Counted from the first letter of the stretch, positions 1 to 10,306 are shown. The stretch is 64,000 nt of DNA from Phycisphaerae bacterium (GCA_050115495.1 JASFQK010000035.1:1-64000); one strand, 5' to 3'. Numbers and translations: made by a program. The notes: generated by a model not told the origin, from the sequence alone.

Positions 1-225
1 TCGCGTCGTTACTCTCGTGCATCGGCGTACTCCTCTGCCCAGCGTGGGCGGCTCGGAACCAATCTTGATCCCGAGAGTACGCCGCCTTTTTTCATCCCGC
101 CATCAACGAAATTCGGTTATAGCTCGCCGGCAAGCGGCTCGAACCGGCGGGGATTCCGGCGTTTCTCGAGGAAGCTCGCGCGCTGCGGACGGTGTTTGCG
201 CGGGCGTGGTGAGGGGGACGGGGCG

Positions 226-780
226 TCACTTGCGACGTGGCAGTCGCTTCGCCTCATCGAAGGCGCGAGCCATCGACGGCGGCGTGTCGTCGCGGCGTTG
301 GGTGGCATCCTGAATGAGCAGTGCGAAGCGCTCGGCCGAAGCACGCACGTCCAGCGACGCGCCCGCGCGTTTGAAGTCATCCCCTTCGTTGACTGTCTGG
401 CCAGCAAGGTATGTGACCCACGTCTCGATGTTCCGCTTCGGAACCCAGATGATGATCGCCTCGCGATCTTTGCGGGCCGCAAGCTCTGCTTCCTGAAGAA
501 CGCCCGCCAACTGCGCGAAGCGATGCTCGACCGGCTGTGTGTCGGCATCGGTCAGGACAAACAACGCGACCTGCTGACTGCTGGCCTTCCGGCGATGCTC
601 ACGCACTTCGGCTGCGTAATGCGCGCGAACGTACTGGTCTCCGGCACCCCGGCCTGCGGGCAAGAACAGACAACGTATCTCGCGGGTGTGGAAAGCGAGC
701 CCCAGCAACGCGTGACGCGCAAAACGCAGGTGCTGATCGTCTTCTCCGAGCACGACCGCTCGGACCCCTCGGCGCCCCAT
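226..780 (-). CDS. Hypothetical protein, TOPRIM-like (DUF4276/DUF4435-like) partner of the upstream ABC ATPase
   Basis: N-terminal strand followed by acidic residues (VVLGEDD), a DxD motif (VLTDADT) and an RNIETW motif; ATG (778-780) abuts the ATPase stop (781-783). Confidence 0.65.
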   Translation of the reverse strand: MGRRGVRAVVLGEDDQHLRFARHALLGLAFHTREIRCLFLPAGRGAGDQYVRAHYAAEVREHRRKASSQQVALFVLTDADTQPVEHRFAQLAGVLQEAELAARKDREAIIIWVPKRNIETWVTYLAGQTVNEGDDFKRAGASLDVRASAERFALLIQDATQRRDDTPPSMARAFDEAKRLPRRK

Positions 781-1896
781 CTATCCCTCCCATCCCCGGG
801 CAATGATCTCGGAAGGACGCAGCCCGTCATCCGGCCACGTAACGTTGTCGACGCGTGCCGGGCCGAACTGCTCACGGCGGAAATAGGCCCCATGTTGCGT
901 GGCCAAACGGTCCAGCAACTCAGGGTGATGCGAAATGAGCAAGCACTGGCTGCTCTCTTCCTCGACACGATCACGAATAGACTCGATCCATGGCTGCAAC
1001 TCACGCAGCGCGACGAAGTTGTCCGGTTCGTCTATGCAGATCGTTCGCCCTCGCTCAACCGCGCAGTGCAGAATCGTGTACAGCGCCATCAGACACCGCT
1101 GCCCCTCGGATAACTGGTTCAACATCAGGAAGTAGGGTTCGGCCACTCTCTCCTCGGAGCGCGGGGCCAGAAACGCCGCCCTAAGCACACGTGCTGTTTC
1201 GCCAGCGCTGGTGAGCTTGAGGCTGGAGAAACCGGTGATCACCTCGCCGAGCGACTCGAAGAGCGGTTGCATCGCCTCCGGTGAGTCCTGCGTCAGGTGT
1301 CGATACCAGGAAGCGAAGTTGGACAGAGATGGATCCGGGGCGGCCTGCTCAAGGAAGCTGGCCACCTCCATCTTGCGCGGGTCAATGCTGAAGACGTAGA
1401 CAACTCCCAAGCGTACTCTGAATCTGCACAGGTGCTGGTTGTTCGGTCGCTCGGGTATCGCCGAAATTGCGGAGCGTGATCCTTCCCCGGGATACACCGG
1501 GCCGGCCAAGCCGTCATCATCGTAGAGGTGGACATCCTGCCCGTCGAATTCGTAGAGCGTCTTGTCGCCCAATGCCAGCAACTCGTGCTTGATTCCGCTC
1601 CTGCCGAGTTGGCGATCGTGCTGGATGACGAGGCGGTATCGGTACGGACCATGCTCGTCGTCCAAGTCGAGTTCGAAGACCTGCTCCGGCCGCGTTTGCC
1701 ATGCGGTCAGCGACGCACCCGGAAACACCTGTGCCGTCGTGCCCCCCCAGGTGACCAACTGCCTGATCTGTGCCAGCACTTCGAAGACCGTTGATTTCCC
1801 GGCCCCGTTGTCTCCGTAGAGCAACTGCAATCTGGCCGGACGGTATTCGAAGTTGACCAGGCACTTGTAGTTGTCGACGTACAGCCGCGTGATCAT
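781..1896 (-). CDS. AAA_21/ABC-type ATPase (conflict-system type)
   Basis: MITRLYVDNYKCL start, Walker A GDNGAGKS, signature LSEGQ, Walker B ICIDEPD, H-loop ISHH; no transmembrane partner; start trimmed to ATG 1896. Confidence 0.85.
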   Translation of the reverse strand: MITRLYVDNYKCLVNFEYRPARLQLLYGDNGAGKSTVFEVLAQIRQLVTWGGTTAQVFPGASLTAWQTRPEQVFELDLDDEHGPYRYRLVIQHDRQLGRSGIKHELLALGDKTLYEFDGQDVHLYDDDGLAGPVYPGEGSRSAISAIPERPNNQHLCRFRVRLGVVYVFSIDPRKMEVASFLEQAAPDPSLSNFASWYRHLTQDSPEAMQPLFESLGEVITGFSSLKLTSAGETARVLRAAFLAPRSEERVAEPYFLMLNQLSEGQRCLMALYTILHCAVERGRTICIDEPDNFVALRELQPWIESIRDRVEEESSQCLLISHHPELLDRLATQHGAYFRREQFGPARVDNVTWPDDGLRPSEIIARGWEG

Positions 1897-2087
1897 GGCG
1901 CTCTCCCAGACACCACCCATACCCAAGCTGTCATCATAATCGACATCGCACGAGGTGGCATCCTGCGGGGTCACATTGACGCCCTGGCCCGATTCCCCAA
2001 AGGACGGCCTCGCAACGGCCGTCGACGCCGGCGATAGGTGCCCCATCGCTGCGGGCTCGGACAGACACAGGCGTCTGACACTGGTCT

Positions 2088-2116
2088 CGGAAGACACTGC
2101 TCAAGAGCAGTGGCAC
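2088..2116 (+). repeat. Palindromic repeat family A (CGGAAGA-CACTGCTC-AA-GAGCAGTG-GCAC)
   Basis: Identical 29-mer at 40136-40164 (+) and 12315-12343 (-). Confidence 0.9.
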
Positions 2117-2132
2117 GTTGGGTGGGGGTTTG

Positions 2133-2167
2133 AAATCTCAGATTTGAGATTCGAGATTGCAGATTGG
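2133..2167. repeat. Heptamer tandem repeat (AGATTTG/AGATTCG/AGATTGC/AGATTGG) preceded by inverted AAATCTC
   Basis: aaatctc agatttg agattcg agattgc agattgg, an AT-richer patch in an intergenic region. Confidence 0.7.
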
Positions 2168-2275
2168 CGTGGCGGCGGAGGACCCGCTCGCTACCGCTCG
2201 GGGCTCGGACAGATGCGCGGCAGCCGAACGCGTACGCGGGGCTCGGATGGGGGCGAGGGGCTGCGTCTACGGTGG

Positions 2276-3160
2276 CTACGTGCGGCGGGCGAGTTGTTTG
2301 CGGGCGGCTTCGATGGTGTTGCGCAGGAGCATCGCTACCGTGACGGGGCCGACGCCGCCGGGGACGGGGGTGATGGCGCCGGCCAGCGGGGCTACGGCGG
2401 CGAAGTCGACGTCCCCTACCGTGCGGCGGACCGGCTTGCCGGATGCGTCGGGCTGCATGACGCGGTTGATGCCCACATCGATAACAACAGCGCCGGGCTT
2501 CACGTGGGCGGCGCTGATCAGGTGCGGCTGGCCGACGGCCACAACCAGGATGTCCGCCCGACGGGTTTCGGCGGCGAGGTCGCGCGTGGCGATGTGACAG
2601 GCCGTCACCGTCGCCATCTGGTCGAGCAGGATGAGCGTCGCCGGTTTGCCGACGATGCGGCTCTGACCGACGACCACCGCGTGAGCCCCGCGAACGGTGA
2701 CGCGACTCCGCCGAACGAGTTCGCTAACGGCGAGTGCGGTGCAAGGAGCGATAATAGGCTCGCGGTAGAACAGCCAGCCGATGTTGGCGGGGTTCACGCC
2801 CTCGACGTCTTTGTACGGGTCGATGCGGTACTGGGCCGCCGCCGTGTCGAGCTCAGGTGGAAGCGGGAGTTGAAGGATGATGCCGGTGACGGTGGGGTCG
2901 GCGTTGAGGCGGTCGATCTCGGCGAGGAGGTCAGCCTGGGCGACGTCGCCGGGGAGTTCGCACAATTCGTACTCGACACCGACGACGGTGCTGAGCTTGC
3001 GCTGCCGGTCGGCGTAGAGGCGACCGCCGGCGTCGGAGCCGACGAGAACGGCACAAAGCTTGACCTGCCCGTGTTCGGCGTTGTAGCGGGCGACAGCGCG
3101 GGTGACATCCGCGCGGATCTCGGCGGCGTAGGCGGCTCCGTCCAGAATCTCAGCCGGCAT
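2276..3160 (-). CDS. folD: Bifunctional methylenetetrahydrofolate dehydrogenase/cyclohydrolase
   Basis: GIILQLPLP, KDVEG, PCTA, GQSRIVGKP, VIDVGIN, ITPVPGGVGPVT. Confidence 0.97.
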   Translation of the reverse strand: MPAEILDGAAYAAEIRADVTRAVARYNAEHGQVKLCAVLVGSDAGGRLYADRQRKLSTVVGVEYELCELPGDVAQADLLAEIDRLNADPTVTGIILQLPLPPELDTAAAQYRIDPYKDVEGVNPANIGWLFYREPIIAPCTALAVSELVRRSRVTVRGAHAVVVGQSRIVGKPATLILLDQMATVTACHIATRDLAAETRRADILVVAVGQPHLISAAHVKPGAVVIDVGINRVMQPDASGKPVRRTVGDVDFAAVAPLAGAITPVPGGVGPVTVAMLLRNTIEAARKQLARRT

Positions 3161-3225
3161 AGGGGGCCCTCATGGCGACGGGCGGATCATCGCCGGACGA
3201 GCGCGAGGGTGCAAGGCGACATCGG

Positions 3226-3561
3226 TCAGGGCGTGGCGGGAGGCTCGGGCACCGGCTGATTTTCGAGGAGGCGCCGAGCTTCGAGGCACTCGGGCGAGCC
3301 GGCGGGGAACTCGCCGCAGAGCATGGGACGATCGCGGTAGATGGTGCAACGGCAGGCGCCGAGCTCGCCGGCCAGGGCGACGCAGCGCTGCGTGACGGGG
3401 TCGCGGCGCATCATGCGGTAGTAGGGCCCGCGGCCGGGGTGGACCTCGTAGGTCATGGCGAGCAGGCGCGGCCGGGCCTCAAAGCGGGTGAGGTCCCCGT
3501 CACTCAGCGGCACGTCGTACAACGTGCAGCACGCTCCACACTGGCGGCAGTCGAAGGACAT
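3226..3561 (-). CDS. YkgJ-family cysteine-cluster (CxxCxxCC) protein
   Basis: CRQCGACC ... RCVAL ... CTIYRDRPMLCGEFP. Confidence 0.9.
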   Translation of the reverse strand: MSFDCRQCGACCTLYDVPLSDGDLTRFEARPRLLAMTYEVHPGRGPYYRMMRRDPVTQRCVALAGELGACRCTIYRDRPMLCGEFPAGSPECLEARRLLENQPVPEPPATP

Positions 3562-3614
3562 CGGTCAGACCCGAAAGGTCGCGGAAAACACGCGGCGGCA
3601 CGTGCCGGCGCGGC

Positions 3615-4514
3615 CTACGTCTCGGCCCGGCCGCCGTCGGCCGGCGCGGGGTCCGCGCGACCGATGACGGTGATACGGAGTTGGGCGGCCAGGGCCAGCG
3701 CCCGCTCCTTCTCGAGCAGCAGCGTCTTGCCGGCCTCGATCACCAGGCCGGCGGCGCCGTGCTTCTTCAGCTTCTCGATCGTATTGGCGCCGACGGTGGG
3801 GACGTCGAAACGCATGTCCTGGTTCGGCTTGGCCACTTTGACCAGCGTCCAGCCGCCCGCCGGACAGAGGGCCCCGGCGCGCTCGATAAGCAGGTCGGTG
3901 CCCTCGATGGCCTCGACGGCGATGATCTCGCGCTCCTTGACGGCAACGGCCTGGCCGATGTCGAGGGCGGCGATCTGCTTGGCCAGGGGCCAGGCGAAGT
4001 CGGCGTCGTCCTCGACCTGGCGCGGCGGGGTGAACGGCGTGAGCACGCCAACCGGGGCGAGAGCTTCGGGGCAGTAGCGGGTCGAGTCGATCAAGGTCAG
4101 ACCCCGGCGCTGCATCTCGTCCGCGACGGCGCCGAGCAACGAGTCGTTGCGCTTGTCGCGGGCGTAGAAGTACCAGACACGGATGCTGGTCCAGTCCGGC
4201 AGGTATTGTAACCACTGCAACCAGCGCGGGCCCGCGAACATCCGCGTCTTGCGGACGCGGCCGGCCATGACGACCTCGCGGCAGCCGGCGGCACGAAAGA
4301 CGCGGATCCAGCGGCCCAGTTGCACCACGCCCCGCCAGCAGAACGTGTCCGCCACGTCGCGCAGGGCGGGGTCGGCGTAGCCACGCAGGGCGACGACGGC
4401 AACCGGCCGCCCTCGGGACCGCGCCCCACGCGCGACGAGCAGCGGGAATTCGCCCTCGCCGGCGATGAGGCCGAGCGGCACGGAACGCGGGATGGCGGGG
4501 GGTTGGTCGGGCAT
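3615..4514 (-). CDS. lpxI: UDP-2,3-diacylglucosamine pyrophosphatase LpxI (DUF1009)
   Basis: LGLIAGEGEFP, DIGQAV, AVEAIEGTD, KVAKPNQDMRFDVPTVG; lies downstream of lpxD; start uncertain (4514 or 4571). Confidence 0.9.
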   Translation of the reverse strand: MPDQPPAIPRSVPLGLIAGEGEFPLLVARGARSRGRPVAVVALRGYADPALRDVADTFCWRGVVQLGRWIRVFRAAGCREVVMAGRVRKTRMFAGPRWLQWLQYLPDWTSIRVWYFYARDKRNDSLLGAVADEMQRRGLTLIDSTRYCPEALAPVGVLTPFTPPRQVEDDADFAWPLAKQIAALDIGQAVAVKEREIIAVEAIEGTDLLIERAGALCPAGGWTLVKVAKPNQDMRFDVPTVGANTIEKLKKHGAAGLVIEAGKTLLLEKERALALAAQLRITVIGRADPAPADGGRAET

Positions 4515-4536
4515 GGTCGCGGTATCGTTGCCAGGC

Positions 4537-4608
4537 GGCACTGGTGGCGCATCCACCAGTACGTTAGTCATCCGCCGTTCGACGTCGGCCACGGGGGGCC
4601 GACGCTAC
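4537..4608. repeat. Two REP-like palindromes: family C variant (4537-4560) and GTAG-REP family B (4583-4608, minus strand)
   Basis: ggcactggtgg-cgcat-ccaccagt; GTAG-CGTCGGCC-CCCCGT-GGCCGACG whose TAG is the lpxD stop. Confidence 0.85.
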
Positions 4609-5663
4609 TTGGTGTCCAGGCGGGCGCGCAGCTCGGCGAGTTCCTTCTCCAGCCGCTTGATCGTCTCGTTGGTCTCCGGCAGGCGCATGAGATAGGCGAC
4701 CTGGCGTTTCATGTCGCGGATAGGGATGGCCGGCTGGCCGAGGACGGTCTCGCCGTCGGGGATGTTGTTGATGACGCCGGCCTTGGCGCCCACGGTGGCC
4801 TTATCGCCGATGCGGATGTGGCCGACGACGCCGGCCTGACCGGCCATGGTGACGTGGTCACCGACGTTGACCGAGCCGGCAAGTCCGACCTGGGCGACGA
4901 AGAGGCAGTGCTCGCCAATGTGCGTGCCGTGGCCGATGGCGATGAGATTGCTGAACTTGGTACCGGAGCCGATCTTCGTGCGGCCGAGCGTGGCACGATC
5001 GATGGAGCAATTGGCACCGAGCTCGACGTCGTCGCCGATCTCGACGATGCCGATCTGCGGGATCTTGACCCAGCGGCCCTCGTAGGGAGCGTAGCCGAGA
5101 CCGTCGTTGCCGATGACGGAGCCGGAATGGATGGCGACGCGGTTGCCGACGATGGTGCCGTCGTAGAGAACGACGTTGGGATAGAGCAGCAGGTCGTCGC
5201 CGATGCGGCAACGTGGTCCGATATAACAGCCGGGATAAATGACGGCATTACGGCCGATAACTACATCATCTTCAATCGTCACGCCGGGATGGATCGTGGC
5301 GTTTTCGCCGATTTGGGCGGTCGAGGCGATGTTGGGGCGGCCGGCCTCGGCGCGTACGGGTCGATGCTGGCGGTAGCCATGCAGCTCGATGATCAGGATC
5401 GTGATGGCGGCGTAGGGGTCATCGACGCGGACGAGGCCGAGGTGCTCGGGGGCAGCGACGTCCGGTTTGAGCACGACGGCCGAAGCCTGCGTGGTCTTCA
5501 GCACCTTCTCGTACTTGGGATTGGACAAGAAGGAGATTTCGCCTGGGCCCGCTTCCTCGAGCGTAGCCACGCCGTGGATGAGGCGTTGTCCGTCGCCTTC
5601 GAGGCGGGGCTTCAGTCCACGGCGCTCGAGGATGGCACAGGCATCGGCAAGCGTCTTCTCCAT
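4605..5663 (-). CDS. lpxD: UDP-3-O-(3-hydroxyacyl)glucosamine N-acyltransferase
   Basis: ISFLSNPKY, hexapeptide repeats, KIPQIGIVEIGDDVELGANCSIDR, AIGHG; alternative GTG start at 5690. Confidence 0.96.
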   Translation of the reverse strand: MEKTLADACAILERRGLKPRLEGDGQRLIHGVATLEEAGPGEISFLSNPKYEKVLKTTQASAVVLKPDVAAPEHLGLVRVDDPYAAITILIIELHGYRQHRPVRAEAGRPNIASTAQIGENATIHPGVTIEDDVVIGRNAVIYPGCYIGPRCRIGDDLLLYPNVVLYDGTIVGNRVAIHSGSVIGNDGLGYAPYEGRWVKIPQIGIVEIGDDVELGANCSIDRATLGRTKIGSGTKFSNLIAIGHGTHIGEHCLFVAQVGLAGSVNVGDHVTMAGQAGVVGHIRIGDKATVGAKAGVINNIPDGETVLGQPAIPIRDMKRQVAYLMRLPETNETIKRLEKELAELRARLDTK

Positions 5664-5713
5664 TCGCTCCACTCGCTCCGGCGGCTCCACGGGGCACGCC
5701 TATTAAACGAGGC

Positions 5714-5743
5714 ATTGTACGGAATCGGCCGGCGGGCTGTCAA
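5714..5743 (-). promoter_or_regulatory. sigma70-type promoter for lpxD-lpxI
   Basis: Minus strand TTGACA (5743-5738), 18-nt spacer, TACAAT (5719-5714). Confidence 0.65.
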
Positions 5744-5867
5744 AACGGGCGGGCGGACATCGGCGTTTCCCTGAGAGCGTCACGTTGGGTTAACATGATA
5801 GCGCGAGTCGGGAAGCGGAATCGCGGTTTTCCCGGCGTAGGAGCCGGGTCCTGGAGACCAGGCGGCC

Positions 5868-7070
5868 ATGAAATGTGTGGTAATCCTACCGGACGGGGCG
5901 GCTGACGAGCCGCTCGCCGAACTCGGTGGTCGAACGCCGCTGGAGGCGGCCAGCCTGCCCAACATGCACTGGGTGGCGCGGCACGGGCGGCTGGGACGGG
6001 CGGTGACGGTGCCGGCCGGCTTCACGCCGGGGACCGACGTCGCCACGCTGTCGGTGTTCGGCTACGACCCGCATGAGAGCTACTCAGGGCGGGCACCGAT
6101 CGAGGCGGCGGCGCGGGGTCTGAGCGCGGGGCCGGACGAGTTGATCTTCCGCTGCAACTTCGTAACGATCGACAAAGGGCGGATGGCGGACTACACGGCC
6201 GGCCACATCGCCCAGGACGAAGCGAATCAACTGATCGCCGATCTGGGGGCGCTGGCGGCATCTGGTGAACCGGCGTTGCGGGGTTGTCGGTTCTTCACGA
6301 GCGTGTCCTACCGAAATCTGATGATCGCCGACGGGGCGACAGCGTTCGACCTGCGCACCGCGCCGCCCCACGACATTCCCGATCGACCGGTGGCGGACCA
6401 TCTGCCACAGGGGGCCGGGCGCGAGCGCGTGCTGAGAATCATGACGGCGGCGCGGGCGATGCTGGCCGACCACGAGGTCAATCGCCGACGGCGGGCGGAG
6501 AAGCGGTCGGAGGTCACCGACATCTGGCTGTGGGGGCAGGGTCAGCCGGTGGCGCTGACGCCGTTCGAGGAGCGGTTCGGGCTGTCCGGCGTGGTGATCA
6601 CCGGCGTGGACATCATCCGCGGGCTGGCGCTGATGATGGGGATGGAGTTGCTCGAGGTACCAGGAGCGACGGGATACATCGATACGAACTACGCCGGGAA
6701 GGGCGCGGCTGCGGTGCGGGCCCTGGAGCAGTACGACCTCGTCGTCGCACACATCGAGGCACCGGACGAGGCGGGGCACCTGGGCAACGTGGCGGAGAAG
6801 GTCACGGCCCTGGAGCAGATCGACGAACACGTGGTCGGACCGCTGCTGAGGAAGCTGCAGACACTGGCCGACTGGCGGATGTTGATCGCGCCGGACCATC
6901 CCACGCCCTGCACGACGATGGCCCACGATGCCACGCCGCCGCCGTTCTGCTTTGCGGGTAGCGGCGTGCCGGCGACGGAAGGGGGCATCTTCACCGAGGC
7001 GGAGGCGCTGGCCAGTGGGCTGGTGGTGGACCCGGGACATCGACTGATGGAGCTGGTTCTGGCCGGGTAG
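5868..7070 (+). CDS. apgM: Cofactor-independent phosphoglycerate mutase, archaeal-type (ApgM family)
   Basis: ILPDGAADEP, TPLEAA, PGTDVA, YSGRAPIEA, HIEAPDEAGH, APDHPTP. Confidence 0.9.
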   Translation: MKCVVILPDGAADEPLAELGGRTPLEAASLPNMHWVARHGRLGRAVTVPAGFTPGTDVATLSVFGYDPHESYSGRAPIEAAARGLSAGPDELIFRCNFVTIDKGRMADYTAGHIAQDEANQLIADLGALAASGEPALRGCRFFTSVSYRNLMIADGATAFDLRTAPPHDIPDRPVADHLPQGAGRERVLRIMTAARAMLADHEVNRRRRAEKRSEVTDIWLWGQGQPVALTPFEERFGLSGVVITGVDIIRGLALMMGMELLEVPGATGYIDTNYAGKGAAAVRALEQYDLVVAHIEAPDEAGHLGNVAEKVTALEQIDEHVVGPLLRKLQTLADWRMLIAPDHPTPCTTMAHDATPPPFCFAGSGVPATEGGIFTEAEALASGLVVDPGHRLMELVLAG

Positions 7071-7114
7071 CCGCCGGGGTGTGCATCCGGCGGCGGCGCG
7101 AAGGAGTGTGTGAC

Positions 7115-7597
7115 ATGGCGTACCGGATCACGAAGGAATTCGTCTGCGGCGGGGCAATCAAGGACACGACGGCGTCGCTGGCCGAGACGCTGCGGGCGCT
7201 GAGCGCGGGCGGGCTGGACCTGGAGATGATCGTCTCGCGGCGCGACCAGTCCGGGTGGGCGCTGATGTTCGTCTCGCCGCTGCGCTCGGAGAAGGAGATG
7301 GAGGTGGCCGAGGCGGTCGGCCTGCGGAGGGAAGGTACGCTCCAGACGCTGCGGATCGAGGGGCCGGACGCCCACGGGCTGGGGGCACGGATCGCCACGG
7401 CGCTGGCGGACGCGGGCATCGAGGTGCGGGGCTACTGGGCGCTGTCGCTCAGCGACCGGGCGGTGACGGACATCGCGTTCGACGACGAGGAGGATCAGGA
7501 GTGCTGGAACAGATGCTGGGGGATTGAGGGGGCAGGCGGCACGTCCGGTCCGGAGCCCGGACGCTACGTCGCTGAAGCAGGGCGGGCTCCGAGGTAG
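7115..7597 (+). CDS. ACT-domain protein; C-terminus runs through a REP
   Basis: RBS AAGGAG before ATG 7115; two ACT-like units (IKDTTASLAETLRAL; IEGPDAHGLGARIATALADAGI). Confidence 0.7.
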   Translation: MAYRITKEFVCGGAIKDTTASLAETLRALSAGGLDLEMIVSRRDQSGWALMFVSPLRSEKEMEVAEAVGLRREGTLQTLRIEGPDAHGLGARIATALADAGIEVRGYWALSLSDRAVTDIAFDDEEDQECWNRCWGIEGAGGTSGPEPGRYVAEAGRAPR

Positions 7598-7614
7598 GGC
7601 GGGCTCGGTCCGCC
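7542..7614. repeat. GTAG-REP family B (7542-7567, minus strand) plus a second GTAG hairpin (7594-7614, plus strand)
   Basis: GTAG-CGTCCGG-GCTCCGGA-CCGGACG; GTAG-GGCGGGC-TCG-GTCCGCC overlapping the TAG stop at 7595-7597. Confidence 0.75.
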
Positions 7615-7709
7615 GCACGTCTTTTGCGCTGAGTCAGCGTCCTTTCGGCGACGAGAGAATGGGCTACCGTTAAGTCAACTCTTGGGTGCGCAGCCCGCCG
7701 TACTGGGCG

Positions 7710-7745
7710 AAAACGAACAGGCGACCGGCGGGATCGCCGATCGCC
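7710..7745 (-). terminator. Rho-independent terminator of clpC
   Basis: Minus strand GGCGATCGGCG-ATCC-CGCCGGTCGCC hairpin followed by TGTTCGTTTT, about 30 nt after the clpC stop. Confidence 0.65.
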
Positions 7746-7777
7746 CGTGGCTCTCTTGAGAGAGGGAGAGATCGCGT

Positions 7778-10306
7778 TTACGTGGCTTCCGCGTTGGCGG
7801 CCGCCGGCTCGGGCTCGTCCTGCTTGGCGGGCTCCGCGGTGGCGCCCTCGAAGACGATCTTCTTCTCGTCGTCGTCGGTCTTCTCGACCTTGACGCGGAT
7901 GACGTTGCAGCCGGCGTGCTTGTTGCGGAGGATGTCCTCGCTGAGCGGGTCCTCGATCATCTGCGAGAGGGTGCGGCGCAGCGGACGAGCGCCGAACTTC
8001 TCGTCGGTGCCCTTCTCCAGCAGGTATTCGATCGCCTCTTCGCTGAGCTCGATACGCAGGTCGCGCTCCTTGAGACGGGCGTTGATCTTGGAGAGCTCGA
8101 GGTCGAGGATCTGGATCAGGTCCTCGTGGTTGAGCTTGTGGAAGACGACCACCTCGTCGAGGCGGTTGATGAACTCGGGGCGGAAGTGCCGCTCGAGCTC
8201 GGACACAAGCATGTCCTTCATCTTCTCGTAGTTGATGTTCTCGTCGCGCTTCATGAAGCCGAAGGGGTCCTGGCTCATGATGCGGTCGGCGCCGATGTTG
8301 CTCGTCATGATGAGGATGACGTTCTTGAAGTCGACGTGGCGGCCGAACGAGTCGGTCAGCCGGCCTTCCTCCATGATCTGGAGCAGCATGTTGAACACGT
8401 CCGGGTGGGCCTTCTCCACCTCGTCGAGCAGCACGACCGCGTAGGGCCGGCGGCGGATTCGCTCGGTGAGCTGGCCACCCTCCTCGTAGCCGACGTAGCC
8501 CGGCGGCGCGCCGATCAGCCGGCTGACGTTGTGCTTCTCCATGTACTCGGACATGTCCATCGTGATCAGGGCGTCCTCGTCGCCGAAGAGGAACTCGGCG
8601 AGCGATTTGGCGAGCAGCGTCTTACCGACGCCCGAGGGGCCGAGGAAGATGAACGAACCCATGGGCCGATTCGGGTCCTTCAAACCGCTGCGGCTGCGGC
8701 GGACGCTGCGGGAGATGGCGCTGATCGCCTCGTGCTGGCTGATGACGCGCTTGTGCAGCTCGTTCTCCAGCTCGAGCAGGCGGGCGGCCTCCTCCTTCTC
8801 CAGACGCGTCAGGGGAATGCCGGTCATGCGGCTGAGGACGTCGGCGATGATGTTGTCATCGACGACCCCTTCGACCTCCTGCGTGCGGCCCTTCCATTCG
8901 CGCTGGATCTCGTCCTTCTTCTTCTTGAGCGACTCGCTGCGGTCGCGCAGCTCGGCGGCCCGCTCGTAGTCGGCGTTCTTGACGGCCTCGTCCTTTTCGG
9001 AGGCGAGGCGCTCGATCTGGCCCTCGATCTCCGCCAGGTCGGGCGGGAGGGTCATGCTCTTGATGCGGACGCGGGCGCCGGCCTCGTCAATCACGTCGAT
9101 GGCCTTGTCCGGCAGGACGCGGCCGGTGATGTAACGGTGCGACAGCTCGGTGGCCTGACGCAGGGCCTCGTCGGTGATGCGCACGCGGTGGTGGGCCTCG
9201 TAGCGGTCGCGCAGGCCCTTGAGGATCTCGAGCGTGTGCTCGACGGTCGGCTCATCCACGTGGATGGGCTGGAAGCGGCGGGCCAGGGCGGCGTCCTTCT
9301 CGATGTACTTGCGGAACTCGTCGAACGTCGTCGCCCCGATGCACTGGATCTCGCCGCGGGAGAGGGCCGGCTTCAGCACGTTTGAGGCGTCGATGGCGCC
9401 TTCGGCGCCGCCGGCACCGACCAGGGTGTGCAGCTCGTCAATGAACAGGATGACGTTGCGGGCCCGGCGGACTTCGTTCATGACCGCCTTGATCCGCTCC
9501 TCGAACTGCCCGCGATATTTCGTGCCGGCGACCATCATGGCCAGGTCGAGCACGACGATCCGGCGGTCGTAGAGCAATTCGGGCACCTGGTGGCGGATGA
9601 TCTTCTGGGCCAGCCCCTCGACGATGGCCGTCTTGCCCACGCCGGCCTCGCCCAGGAGGACGGGGTTGTTCTTCATCCGGCGGCAGAGGACGGTGATGAC
9701 GCGCTCGATTTCGGAGGCGCGGCCGATGACGGGGTCGAGCTTGCCTTCGCGGGCGAGCTCGGTGAGGTCGCGGCCGAAGGAGTCGAGGGCCGGGGTCTTG
9801 CTCTTGCCCTTGCGGGCGGTCTCGGGGGCGCCGGGGCCGGTCATGGCCGCGGGCTCCTCGCTCTCGACGCTGGCGCCGAGGAGGTTGAGGACCTCCTCGC
9901 GGACGTCTTCGAGCTTGAGGCCGAGGTTCATGAGCACCTGGGCGGCGACACCCTCCTGCTCGCGGAGGAGGCCGAGCAGCAAGTGCTCAGTACCAATGTA
10001 GTTATGATTCAGATTGCGCGCCTCTTCAATGGCGTATTCGATGACGCGCTTGGCGCGGGGGGTCTGGGGCAGCTTGCCCATGGTGACCATCTCGGGGCCG
10101 CTCTTGACGAGCTTCTCGACCTCGAGACGGACACGGCGCAGGTCGACGCCGAGGTTCTTGAGCACGTTGGCCCCGACGCCGGAGCCCTCCTTGACGAGGC
10201 CGAGCAGGAAATGCTCGGTCCCGATGTACTCGTGGTTGAAGCGCTGGGCTTCCTGGTTGGCCAGGGCCATCACCTTCCGCGCCCGGTCGGTAAAACGCTC
10301 AAACAT
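7778..10306 (-). CDS. clpC: ATP-dependent Clp protease ATP-binding subunit ClpC
   Basis: [12 protein letters not shown], Clp N repeats, two Walker A motifs ([16 protein letters not shown]), UVR coiled coil, GAPPGYVGY. Confidence 0.97.
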   Translation of the reverse strand: MFERFTDRARKVMALANQEAQRFNHEYIGTEHFLLGLVKEGSGVGANVLKNLGVDLRRVRLEVEKLVKSGPEMVTMGKLPQTPRAKRVIEYAIEEARNLNHNYIGTEHLLLGLLREQEGVAAQVLMNLGLKLEDVREEVLNLLGASVESEEPAAMTGPGAPETARKGKSKTPALDSFGRDLTELAREGKLDPVIGRASEIERVITVLCRRMKNNPVLLGEAGVGKTAIVEGLAQKIIRHQVPELLYDRRIVVLDLAMMVAGTKYRGQFEERIKAVMNEVRRARNVILFIDELHTLVGAGGAEGAIDASNVLKPALSRGEIQCIGATTFDEFRKYIEKDAALARRFQPIHVDEPTVEHTLEILKGLRDRYEAHHRVRITDEALRQATELSHRYITGRVLPDKAIDVIDEAGARVRIKSMTLPPDLAEIEGQIERLASEKDEAVKNADYERAAELRDRSESLKKKKDEIQREWKGRTQEVEGVVDDNIIADVLSRMTGIPLTRLEKEEAARLLELENELHKRVISQHEAISAISRSVRRSRSGLKDPNRPMGSFIFLGPSGVGKTLLAKSLAEFLFGDEDALITMDMSEYMEKHNVSRLIGAPPGYVGYEEGGQLTERIRRRPYAVVLLDEVEKAHPDVFNMLLQIMEEGRLTDSFGRHVDFKNVILIMTSNIGADRIMSQDPFGFMKRDENINYEKMKDMLVSELERHFRPEFINRLDEVVVFHKLNHEDLIQILDLELSKINARLKERDLRIELSEEAIEYLLEKGTDEKFGARPLRRTLSQMIEDPLSEDILRNKHAGCNVIRVKVEKTDDDEKKIVFEGATAEPAKQDEPEPAAANAEAT

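Noticed and set aside
1..37. Possible start of a minus-strand gene (ATG at 22, AGGAG upstream)
   Set aside because: Only 7 codons lie inside the window, so it cannot be supported or identified.
1897..2097. N-terminal extension of the ATPase in the ORF track
   Set aside because: The family-typical start is MITRL at 1896; the extension starts inside a repeat and looks non-coding.
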